DNA of 26,787 bases from an uncultured Eubacteriales bacterium (GCA_900548125.1 URJN01000001.1:1-26787), one strand, 5' to 3'; positions 11,565 to 19,509 are shown, counted from the first letter of the stretch. Program-made: numbers and translations. Notes: a model not told the origin generated them from the sequence alone.

Positions 11565-11873
11565 TCACAGTTTGATCTCGATTTCCACACCAGCGGGGAG
11601 ATCGAGCTTCTCCATCGCGTCAAAGGTGGCGCGAGTGGGGTTCTGAACGTCGATCAGACGCTTGTGGGTGCGCTGCTCGAACTGTTCGCGGGAATCCTTG
11701 TACTTGTGCGGTGCGCGCAGAATCGTAACAACTTCCTTCTCAGTGGGAAGCGGGATCGGGCCGGACACCTTGGAACCGGTGCGGCGAGCGGTCTCTACGA
11801 TGCGCTCAGCAGCCTGGTCAACGAGGCTGTGCTCGTAAGCCCAGAGCTTGATGCGGATTTTCTTGCTGGCCAT
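11565..11873 (-). CDS. rpsJ: 30S ribosomal protein uS10
   Basis: GPIPLPT and [11 protein letters not shown] motifs. Start at MASKK after an AAGGAGG RBS; the ORF track's upstream extension is leader sequence. Confidence 0.98.
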   Translation of the reverse strand: MASKKIRIKLWAYEHSLVDQAAERIVETARRTGSKVSGPIPLPTEKEVVTILRAPHKYKDSREQFEQRTHKRLIDVQNPTRATFDAMEKLDLPAGVEIEIKL

Positions 11874-11884
11874 TTCATTTCCTC

Positions 11885-12026
11885 CTTGTTCGTACTCAAG
11901 TACGACTTGCTTGGCTTTTGCCCTGCATGACGGACCTTGAGCCGTCGTCCGATTGGCGGACATGGTCCATAACAGTTCCCTCACCGGCCAGTGAGCAATC
12001 TGTTACTTCATCCCCTTTGCAGACAT
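11885..12026 (-). promoter_or_regulatory. Structured 5' leader of the S10 operon (probable ribosomal-protein autoregulatory leader)
   Basis: About 150 nt between the -10 box and rpsJ. Contains GATGAAG followed by a TAACAG/CTGTTA stem with an ATTG/GGAA internal loop and a CTCAC/GTGAG apical stem, plus three further short hairpins. Confidence 0.65.
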
Positions 12027-12033
12027 CTGCCAC

Positions 12034-12062
12034 ATTATATTCTATTTTTCGGATAATTGCAA
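12034..12062 (-). promoter_or_regulatory. Sigma-A promoter of the S10 operon
   Basis: TTGCAA-N17-TATAAT with an A-rich UP-like tract upstream. Confidence 0.85.
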
Positions 12063-12573
12063 CCCCTTTTTTGAAATTTTTTTCGATTTTTTTGAGTTTT
12101 TTCTTCTTCATCCGTTTTTTGCCCGCTTCCCGATTTTTCAATCCACGCTTGCTTTTTTCAGCTTCCATCCTTTCCCTCTTTTCGCGTTTCCTATATCCAC
12201 GCTACCGCGCGTATCATTTAAGCGATTCATGTCAACGCCGCCGAGCGTTCCATACTGCTCATACGCAAATCATTCACAAACTTTCAGCTCCACACCTCGC
12301 TTAATTTTGTATATTTTGCACATTCACTCATTTATTTTCTCCAACAATCCCTCTGATTTTCTTCTTTTTCCGCTTTTTGCTTTCGCGCTTTAGCACGATT
12401 CAGTGCCTTATGTCAGACGTCCGATGTTTAGCCCGTTTTTTGTTTTGCTCCCCTGCTCCTCCGTGCGCAGCGTTTACGGCAGGCTGTACGTTCTTCCGTC
12501 CTCAGCTCCGCCGCGGTTTTCAAAACACGGCAGATTGGCGCATGCGGGCGGTTTCGCGCAACTCCTGCGCATC

Positions 12574-12610
12574 AAAAAAGATGCCCTCCCCGCATCGAGA
12601 AGAACATCTT
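12574..12610 (-). terminator. Intrinsic terminator of the ABC operon
   Basis: AAGATGTTCTTCTC-GATGC-GGGGAGGGCATCTT followed by a T run, about 20 nt after the stop at 12629. Confidence 0.75.
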
Positions 12611-12628
12611 CCATAATTCCCTATTTTT

Positions 12629-13411
12629 TCAGCTCCGACGGCTTCTCATCCGCCTGACTACGCACGAAAGCGTAAAGTTAATCGCGAAGTAAACCAGAAA
12701 CGCAAACCCAAACAACACGAACACATCCGTCACATGAATCGTTCCCCGATTGAATCGGTCAACCCATGTTCCGTTATAGGCGTTTGCCTTGCTGATGATG
12801 AGCTTCGTACACGCCATCAGCTCCACCGTCACCAGACTCGCCATGTAGCTGCTGTCCTTGATGGTCGTAATCATCTGTGAGAGCAGCGTCGGCACAATGC
12901 TCTTGACCGCCTGCGGAAGCACAATCAGTGTCATCGTCCGGAAGGTGCTGAACCCCTGTGAATATGCCGCTTCAAACTGACCCTTCGGAACGGCGTTCAG
13001 TCCGCCGCGTATGATTTCCGCCATAATGGCAGACGTGAACAGCGTCAGCGCGACAATCGCCTTGAACAGCGTCTTGACCGCGACCGTCGAGTTCATGCCC
13101 AGCAGCTGTGCAAACTTCTTGCTGACCGCCGGTGCGGGACAAAGCACAAAGCACACGAACATCCAAAGCATCAGCGGCGTATTGCGAAAAAGCTCAATAT
13201 ATATAGAAGCAATTCTCCGCAGGATGCGTGCCGCCCCGCGTGTGCAGTAGTTCCTCGTCAGCGCAAGGATTACGCCGAGAACCAGACTGACCGCGATTGC
13301 AATGATGGATATGGCGAGCGTAAACATCAGTCCGTGCATCAGATAGCTGATGACATCCGGATTGGCGAGGATGCCGAAGCTCCCCTTGAGATCCTGAAGG
13401 AAGCTGCTCAT
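12629..13411 (-). CDS. Polar amino-acid ABC transporter permease (HisM/GlnP family)
   Basis: ELFRNTPL, AEIIRGGLNAVPKGQFEAA and IKDSS motifs. Start at MSSF overlaps the upstream stop (ATGA), after a GGAGG RBS. Confidence 0.93.
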   Translation of the reverse strand: MSSFLQDLKGSFGILANPDVISYLMHGLMFTLAISIIAIAVSLVLGVILALTRNYCTRGAARILRRIASIYIELFRNTPLMLWMFVCFVLCPAPAVSKKFAQLLGMNSTVAVKTLFKAIVALTLFTSAIMAEIIRGGLNAVPKGQFEAAYSQGFSTFRTMTLIVLPQAVKSIVPTLLSQMITTIKDSSYMASLVTVELMACTKLIISKANAYNGTWVDRFNRGTIHVTDVFVLFGFAFLVYFAINFTLSCVVRRMRSRRS

Positions 13412-14136
13412 ACCGTCGCCTCCTTTTCTTCTATCGCCTCTACCTGCGCTTTGTCGCGCTCCTTGAGCCTGCTCTCCCATCTGCCCGCCATCAGCGACAG
13501 CGGATAGCAAACCACGAAGAACAGCAGCCCGCCGACCAGATACGCCGGACCATATGCGCCGCCTGTGCTTTCGCCCGTAACGAAGTTATAGGTCGTCGCA
13601 ATCAAATCCGCTCCGCCGATGATAAACAGACACGACGTGTTCTTGATGAGTGCCACCACCTGATTGACCATCGGGGGCAGAATGATTTTGACCGTCTGCG
13701 GCAAAATGATGTGCTTCATCGTCTCCGTGTGGCCAAACCCCTGCGCCCATGCCGCGTCGAATTGTCCGCAGGGCACAGCCTGTATGCCTGCCCGCACAAC
13801 CTCCGCGACATACGCCCCGTGATAAAAACCCAGCGCGATGAACCCGACGACCACCACCGATATCTTCACGCCCGAATAAGCGAGTGCGTAATACAGGAAG
13901 CATACCTGCAAAATCAGCGGCGTGTTCTGGAAGAACTCGACGTAGATTCGGGCAATGACGCGCAATGCGCGTTTTCCGCTGGTCGCCATCAAGCCCAATG
14001 CAAATCCGATAATCAGCGCAATGCCCAGCCCTACTACGGCACTCTCCAGCGTATTGAGCAGTCCGTTTAAAAACGTCGCGCGATACCGCCATACCGTCGC
14101 CCACGCCTTTCCGCTGAAAATCGTCTCCACATTCAT
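13408..14136 (-). CDS. Polar amino-acid ABC transporter permease
   Basis: YVEFFQNTPL, AEVVRAGIQAV and LIKNTS motifs. An alternative GTG start exists at 14139. Confidence 0.93.
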   Translation of the reverse strand: MNVETIFSGKAWATVWRYRATFLNGLLNTLESAVVGLGIALIIGFALGLMATSGKRALRVIARIYVEFFQNTPLILQVCFLYYALAYSGVKISVVVVGFIALGFYHGAYVAEVVRAGIQAVPCGQFDAAWAQGFGHTETMKHIILPQTVKIILPPMVNQVVALIKNTSCLFIIGGADLIATTYNFVTGESTGGAYGPAYLVGGLLFFVVCYPLSLMAGRWESRLKERDKAQVEAIEEKEATV

Positions 14137-14297
14137 CACGTCCTTTTCAGATTACCTTGGACTGCCGCCCAAACCCGACCGATGGATTTTTTCAGAAAAC
14201 CCGCATAGCCGCGCAAGCACTCCTTGCGATTTCCATAACGCTAAATCCCAATCATGCCGGCACGAAGCGAAGAAAGGGTGCGGGTAACCGGTATTTC

Positions 14298-15080
14298 TTA
14301 CTCCAAGCCCCACTCTTTGATCATGCCGTCGATCGTGCCGTCCGCCAGCCATTCCGTAATCAAAGCCTCGATCTTGCCGCTCAGCTCAGAGCCTTTCTTG
14401 GTCGCCACGCCATATTCCTGCGGCGAGAAGGAATCCTCGATAAAGCTGCGGCCGTCCGTCTTGTAGTTTGCCAGAATGGATTTATCCACGCAGAACGCAT
14501 CCACATCGCCGGCGTCCAGAGCCATCGAAATCGCCGGATAGTCGTCAAAAATCTTGAAGCTCACGCCGCCGTTGAACGTCGCCGCGTCAAACGTGTCCTC
14601 ATCAAACGCATCAATGACGCCGGCTTCCGCCATCGCCTTGGAAAGCGCCTTCGCGGAGGTCGAGCCGGAGGATACGCCGACCTTCTTTCCCTTCAGCCCT
14701 GCCAAATCCGTGATGCCGGATGCGTCCTTGACCAGCACGGTCACCGCGTCCACATAATACGGCGTGCTGAAATCCCAGCTTTCCTTGCGCTCCGGCTTGA
14801 TGGTAAACGTCGCAATGACGCAATCCAACTCGTCGTTGTCGAGCATCTGCCCGCGCGTCGCCGCGGTCACCGCCGTATATTCCACCTCATCATAGCCCAG
14901 TGCCTCGGCGAGCTTTTCGCCCAGCTCAATCTCCATGCCGGAGAACTCGCCCGTCGCCTCGTCATAATAGCCGAAGCCGTAAACATCCTGTTTGACGCCC
15001 ACGCGGAATGTGCCTTCAGCCAGAGCCGCCGCGCCCATCGTCATCCACAGAGCCAATGCTGCTGCAAGAATCTTTTTCAT
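14298..15080 (-). CDS. Amino-acid ABC substrate-binding protein (family 3, PEB1a-like; Asp/Glu likely)
   Basis: GVKQDV.GFG, VTAATRG.MLDN and IATFTI.PERK motifs; N-terminal signal peptide; AAGGAGG RBS. Confidence 0.9.
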   Translation of the reverse strand: MKKILAAALALWMTMGAAALAEGTFRVGVKQDVYGFGYYDEATGEFSGMEIELGEKLAEALGYDEVEYTAVTAATRGQMLDNDELDCVIATFTIKPERKESWDFSTPYYVDAVTVLVKDASGITDLAGLKGKKVGVSSGSTSAKALSKAMAEAGVIDAFDEDTFDAATFNGGVSFKIFDDYPAISMALDAGDVDAFCVDKSILANYKTDGRSFIEDSFSPQEYGVATKKGSELSGKIEALITEWLADGTIDGMIKEWGLE

Positions 15081-15152
15081 ACGTCATGTCCTCCTTATAA
15101 TGGAAAATATCAAAAGAACCGCCGGAGCTTTGCTCCGATCGCCTCTCTTTTG

Positions 15153-15875
15153 TCACCTTAAAATCTTGGATGGGAACGCCTTTGTCCGTTCGTTCTGCGG
15201 GTTCGTGAAGAAATGCTCCGGCGTGCCCTGTTCCAGAATATATCCGCCGTCGCAAAAGACCACCCTGTCGGCAACCTCCCGCGCAAACCCCATCTCGTGC
15301 GTGACCACGACCATCGTGATGTTGTCGTGTCCCAGCTCGACCATGATATCCAGCACCTCCTGAACCATCTCCGGATCCAGTGCGCTCGTCGGTTCGTCAA
15401 AATAGATGACCGGATTCTTCATCGTCAGCGACCGCGCAATCGCGATGCGCTGCTGCTGACCGCCGGAGAGCGTCGTCGGATAGACAAATGCCTTCTTTTC
15501 CAGCCCGACCCGCCGCAGGTTCGCCATCGCCAGCTCCTCCGCTTCTTCCTTCGGCACTTTTTTGAGCTTGATGGGTGCCAGCGTCAGGTTTTCCATCACT
15601 GTCAAATGCGGATACAGGTTGAACTGCTGAAAGACCATCGAGGAATACTGCCGGTTCAGTGCCGCCCGCGTCTTGTGCGTCATCAGATGCCCGTCGATGT
15701 ATACCTCGCCCTTCGTCACTTCCTCCAAGCCGTTCATGCAGCGGATGAGTGTGCTTTTTCCCGAGCCGCTCGGTCCGATGATGACCAGCTTTTCGCCCTT
15801 CGCGACCTCCAAATCAATGCCCTTGAGCACCTCCAGATGTCCGAATGTCTTATGCACGTTTTTCAGCTTGATCAT
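15153..15875 (-). CDS. Amino-acid ABC transporter ATP-binding protein (GlnQ family)
   Basis: Walker [10 protein letters not shown], signature [18 protein letters not shown] and VVTHEMGFA. Start at MIKLK after GGGAG. Confidence 0.95.
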   Translation of the reverse strand: MIKLKNVHKTFGHLEVLKGIDLEVAKGEKLVIIGPSGSGKSTLIRCMNGLEEVTKGEVYIDGHLMTHKTRAALNRQYSSMVFQQFNLYPHLTVMENLTLAPIKLKKVPKEEAEELAMANLRRVGLEKKAFVYPTTLSGGQQQRIAIARSLTMKNPVIYFDEPTSALDPEMVQEVLDIMVELGHDNITMVVVTHEMGFAREVADRVVFCDGGYILEQGTPEHFFTNPQNERTKAFPSKILR

Positions 15876-16037
15876 CTCTAACACTCCCGTCATCTTTGAC
15901 GCGCGTTCCTGCACGCATTTTTATAAATTGAATTTTTTAATTTCAATTCCTGCATCGAATTCGGTTTATTCCCGCTTATCAGCCCATTGCATCGTTCGTT
16001 TTGAATTTTTTGCTTTTGATTTATTCGATGTGGCGAT

Positions 16038-16067
16038 AGTATATCATGTCATTTTATTTTTTTGCAA
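16038..16067 (-). promoter_or_regulatory. Putative sigma-A promoter of the ABC operon
   Basis: TTGCAA-N18-TATACT with an extended -10 TG, in an AT-rich intergenic region. Confidence 0.55.
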
Positions 16068-16156
16068 GAATAAATTGTCCATTATTCAATTTGTATTCAT
16101 TTCTTCCGGTTAATATTCTCATGGTGACTAACACTTTATTTTAAAATTCATTATTT

Positions 16157-16199
16157 AAAAAGACCGTCCGCTTTCGCAAAGAAAGCAAAACGGTCCTTT
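16157..16199 (-). terminator. Intrinsic terminator after the L,D-transpeptidase gene
   Basis: AAAGGACCGTTTTGCTTTC-TTTGC-GAAAGCGGACGGTCTTTTT. Confidence 0.75.
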
Positions 16200-16228
16200 G
16201 ACTTTTAAATTGTCGATTCTGGCTTTTC

Positions 16229-17827
16229 TTACTGAATTCCGAACTTTTCCTTCACATCGTCCGTCACTTTCGCGCCAATCTGTTCGGCTTCAAACACATA
16301 GTGTTCGTACAGCGTTTCCGGGCGCGCCGGTGCGCCGCAATACGTGCAGGGCGTCAGTTTTTTGAACTCATCCTTCTCCAAATCGCCGTATGTGAAGTCC
16401 CCCGTCAGCGGCAGGAACTTCGACTTGACGCCGGAGCAGTTCTCGTCAACGTGGTAATTGCTTCCGCCGTTCGGGTTTCGGTAGAGCTGCAAGCCGCTGT
16501 CCGGCAGTTCCGGCTCATACATCTGCCGCCCCTGATCGTCCCAGATAAAGACCTTCGTCTTGTTTTCCAGATTATTCCAGAGCCACTGCATGTTCTGCCC
16601 CTGCGCGTTGGCACGACGCTGGATGCGGATGCAGCCGTGACTCGCCTTCATGCCCAGCTGCGCCTCATACTGCGTATAGATGCGCGTGCCGTCCGCCGCC
16701 TTGTCGTGCAGCACCTCATGAAGCAGCGTGCCGCCGTTGATGCGGATGGCAAAGCGTCCGATTGTTCTGCCGCCCGCGTCGAAATCGCCGACCTTGCTCA
16801 CCGTAATATACTCGCCCGCCGGGGATTCGTTGTACGGCTGCTTGGCGTTGTTCAGTCCCGTAGATACATCCAATTCGCCGATAATCGCGCCCGCCTCAAA
16901 GATATACATCTTCTGGCGCAGCTTGTCCACCAGCAGCGCATATTTGCTCGACGGCGTCACTTGGAACAGGATGCTCTTTTTGACATAGCCCTGTATCTTC
17001 TTGGCGTTCAGGGATTCCATATATTCGTTGTCCGTCTTGGTGCCGTCGTTGGAATAGGATTCAATCAGCACATAACCGTCGCCGTCCGTATCCTCCTCCA
17101 GAACATGCACGCCCTGGCTCTGCCCGTGCAGCTCACCCGCGCAGTTCTGCTCATAGGGCTTGCGGTCGCTGCCCGGCGTGTTCGTCGGATAGACATGCTC
17201 CGTCTGCCCGACATCCATCACCGTAATCGGCTGCATCATCAAATTCCAGATTGCCTGCTGATGGTCGGGGTCGGTCAGGTCATACGCATCCGGATCCATA
17301 TCCCAGAAGCTCGTCGCCTGCGGCACGGGCTTCTTTCCTTCTTCCGTCACCGCCGCAGCCGGTTCGGATTGCGGCTCGTCCCAGCTCTGTGCCTCCTGCG
17401 CATCCTCCAGCAGGCTCAAATCGAGCATATTCGCGTTTGCGCTCTCCTCGCTGCCGTAAATGTGCAGGGAAATGAGCTGCTGCTCGCTTTCCTCGCCCCA
17501 GTAGTTGCGCAGCTGAATCATCAGGATGTAGTTGCCCTCCGGAACCGCGCTGCCGTCTGCCAGCATGCCGTCCCAGCTGATGCGTCCCGTTCCCTCTTCA
17601 ACCTGCGCCGTGCCCACTTCGCAGACGAACTCTCCGGTGTCGCCGCTGTACAGGCGCATCGCCAGCGTGCCGCCCTCCGTCGTTTCAAAATCGAAGTACC
17701 AATCGTTCTGACCGGAAATCAGCTTCACGTCGTCCGCCATCACGTTGCTCAACTCCGGCGCGGCGAATGCGCACGCCGACGCCAGCATCAGCACCGTCAA
17801 GAGGAAAATAAAGAAATGCTTTTTCAT
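16229..17827 (-). CDS. Exported multidomain L,D-transpeptidase (YkuD family)
   Basis: Signal peptide MKKHFF...AFA. YkuD-type VDKLRQKMY...VSTG...LLH...ASHGCIRI with catalytic His/Cys. FlgD-Ig-like WDG...VPEGNY near the N-terminus and a C-terminal YH..C...CxxC. The start could be up to 36 nt upstream. Confidence 0.85.
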   Translation of the reverse strand: MKKHFFIFLLTVLMLASACAFAAPELSNVMADDVKLISGQNDWYFDFETTEGGTLAMRLYSGDTGEFVCEVGTAQVEEGTGRISWDGMLADGSAVPEGNYILMIQLRNYWGEESEQQLISLHIYGSEESANANMLDLSLLEDAQEAQSWDEPQSEPAAAVTEEGKKPVPQATSFWDMDPDAYDLTDPDHQQAIWNLMMQPITVMDVGQTEHVYPTNTPGSDRKPYEQNCAGELHGQSQGVHVLEEDTDGDGYVLIESYSNDGTKTDNEYMESLNAKKIQGYVKKSILFQVTPSSKYALLVDKLRQKMYIFEAGAIIGELDVSTGLNNAKQPYNESPAGEYITVSKVGDFDAGGRTIGRFAIRINGGTLLHEVLHDKAADGTRIYTQYEAQLGMKASHGCIRIQRRANAQGQNMQWLWNNLENKTKVFIWDDQGRQMYEPELPDSGLQLYRNPNGGSNYHVDENCSGVKSKFLPLTGDFTYGDLEKDEFKKLTPCTYCGAPARPETLYEHYVFEAEQIGAKVTDDVKEKFGIQ

Positions 17828-17845
17828 ATCGAACCCCATTTTCAT

Positions 17846-17880
17846 AAAAAGAGGCTGTCGCATCCTACAACAGCCTCTTT
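17846..17880 (-). terminator. Terminator-like hairpin between the PG-binding and L,D-transpeptidase genes
   Basis: AAAGAGGCTGTTG-TAGGATG-CGACAGCCTCTTTTT. Confidence 0.65.
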
Positions 17881-17893
17881 CGTAAATCGTTCT

Positions 17894-18637
17894 TTAGCCC
17901 GGCAGATCCATGATGTCGCCCGGTGCTGCTGTCACCGTGCCATCCGGAGGCGGGGTCACGGTTGCGAGCGAATACAGCTTCTCAAGCGTCTTTGCGCCCG
18001 CGATGCCGTCCACATCCAGCCCGTTGTCTTTCTGGAAGGCTTCAACCGCCGTCTTGGTTGCCGTGCCGAAATTGCCGTCCGACGCGCCCTTCAGATAGCC
18101 CAGCTCAGTCAGCGCCACCTGCATCAGCTTCACCTCTACGCTCTGGTCGCCCTTGCGCAGCGTTTTATAGGTGACGTTCGTCGGCTGCTGCACAGGCTCC
18201 GGCGTCGGCGTGATTTCAATCATCGGCGTTGTAGCCGCCACCGGTGCGGGCGTATTCGTCGCGCCGAACACAATAAAGTTGTTCTCCGGCGAATTCTGAG
18301 CCTGCTGCTGAGGCTGAGGCGTGTTAATCGTCGCCGGCGTGCCCGCCGTAAACATCGAGCGCACAATCATCGCGATAATCAGCACCAGAATCAAAATCAG
18401 TCCGATTGCGATAATCATCGGCGTCCGGTCCTGACTGCGTCGGCTCTGCCTGCTTCCCTTGGCATAGGCGGTCTTGCTGCTCTTGCGGGGCGCGCTCCTC
18501 TGTTCGGGGCGGGGCTGCCTTTCCTCGCCGCCCTCCGCTTCGCTGCGCTCAGGCTTTACCCCTGCCAAATTCGCATAGCAAAGCGGGCAGATATTCGAGC
18601 CATCCGGAATTTTATTATGACAATGGGGACAAAACAT
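17894..18637 (-). CDS. Zinc-ribbon / single-TM / peptidoglycan-binding domain protein
   Basis: N-terminal CPHC-x10-CPLC, TM segment IIAIGLILILVLIIAMIV, Pro/Thr/Gln linker, and PG_binding_1-like LRKGD..VKLMQ..L...GY...DGNFG..T..AV..FQ...GL.VDGIAG..T. GGGAGGG RBS. Confidence 0.88.
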   Translation of the reverse strand: MFCPHCHNKIPDGSNICPLCYANLAGVKPERSEAEGGEERQPRPEQRSAPRKSSKTAYAKGSRQSRRSQDRTPMIIAIGLILILVLIIAMIVRSMFTAGTPATINTPQPQQQAQNSPENNFIVFGATNTPAPVAATTPMIEITPTPEPVQQPTNVTYKTLRKGDQSVEVKLMQVALTELGYLKGASDGNFGTATKTAVEAFQKDNGLDVDGIAGAKTLEKLYSLATVTPPPDGTVTAAPGDIMDLPG

Positions 18638-18698
18638 GGTCAGCCCTCCCTGATTTCATATTCGAGCTTGTCCGTTAAACAAAAACCTTCTCATGATT

Positions 18699-18728
18699 AG
18701 TATAAACCACAATCAAACCTAATTGCAA
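18699..18728 (-). promoter_or_regulatory. Putative sigma-A promoter for the PG-binding/LDT pair
   Basis: TTGCAA-N18-TATACT, about 60 nt upstream of the ATG at 18637. Confidence 0.5.
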
Positions 18729-18779
18729 GCCCTTTGATAAATTCGCATCTGTCTAAAGATATGACGGCGTGTATCGGTT

Positions 18780-19268
18780 TCATGCGTTCATTCTCTTGTC
18801 CGCTTCCAGCAGGCGGCATGTGCGTATCGTACACAGTGCCGCCATGATGCCTGAACGCAGAGCCTGCTCCCCTGCGGATTCGCCGCTGCCCTGAAGCTCA
18901 ACCCGTCCGATTTTTGCCGACTGGTCGATGCTCTCCGTCATCATCCTGAATCGGTCATAGCCTTCCTGTATGCCGTCCCGGCAGATGACCTCCAGCAGCC
19001 GGCTGATGCTCTCCATGCTCAATGCCTGCTTGAGTACGCCGATCATGATGAGCATCGCCAGATGGTCGCGATCATACTTTTTCCCTGTCGGGCGCGGAAT
19101 CATGCCGACCTTGACATAGTTGTTGACCATCGACTTGGTCATCTCGCCTTTAGGCAGCGTCGGGCTGAATGTCCTGTCCATCAGCGTCACGACCTGATCC
19201 ATATACAGCCCGATATCCGGAAGTATTTCCCATTCCGGCAGCTCAAGTGCCTGTATCTCCTGCTCCAT
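18780..19268 (-). CDS. DUF1836-family protein (putative DNA-binding regulator)
   Basis: LP.W..LPDIGLYMDQV...TKSMVNNYVK.G.IP.P.GKKY pattern, recognised from memory; AAGGAG RBS. Confidence 0.82.
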   Translation of the reverse strand: MEQEIQALELPEWEILPDIGLYMDQVVTLMDRTFSPTLPKGEMTKSMVNNYVKVGMIPRPTGKKYDRDHLAMLIMIGVLKQALSMESISRLLEVICRDGIQEGYDRFRMMTESIDQSAKIGRVELQGSGESAGEQALRSGIMAALCTIRTCRLLEADKRMNA

Positions 19269-19480
19269 GTTCGCTCCTTCTCGCTAAGGCTTATTCGCGC
19301 CGTTCGCCGCAGAAAAAAGCCGTCTGCCGCCTCGCCTTCTGCTGACTTCTTATCATGCAGACGAATGAACTCGCGCGATTCATCCCGAAATCCCGATTTT
19401 TCCATCCATAACCCGATGCAAGGCAGATTCCGGCGCATTCAGGCTCCCTCTGCCCGCGGATTTCCTTCTCTTTTCCGTTC

Positions 19481-19509
19481 ATTATATCATCGGCAAAAAA
19501 TGCTGTCAA
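19481..19509 (-). promoter_or_regulatory. Consensus sigma-A promoter upstream of the DUF1836 gene
   Basis: Perfect TTGACA-N17-TATAAT with an extended -10 TG. Confidence 0.85.

Noticed and set aside
205..11646. Many long plus-strand ORFs (e.g. 1249-2730, 7315-8856)
   Set aside because: They mirror ribosomal, secY and map genes. Biased codon usage depletes antisense stop codons.
11835..11849. uS10 LWAYEH instead of the usual LKAYDH as a sign of recoding
   Set aside because: The Trp is a standard TGG codon, and there is no evidence of codon reassignment in the other conserved proteins.
11874..12168. N-terminal extension of rpsJ and the Lys-rich ORF 11896-12168
   Set aside because: They overlap the promoter and leader. 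The Lys richness simply reflects A-tracts.
12262..12279. Rex-like half site TTCACAA
   Set aside because: The other half matches only 3 of 7 positions.
13412..13510. Extended N-terminus of the second permease
   Set aside because: It overlaps the upstream permease. The coupled ATG at 13411 has a good RBS.
17828..17896. PG-binding and L,D-transpeptidase genes are in frame and separated by a single TAA (possible read-through fusion or split gene)
   Set aside because: The downstream gene has its own signal peptide and a terminator-like hairpin intervenes. An in-frame, stop-free 22-codon gap is easily chance.
16301..18700. 799-aa plus-strand ORF
   Set aside because: Antisense shadow of two same-frame GC-rich genes; no recognisable motifs.
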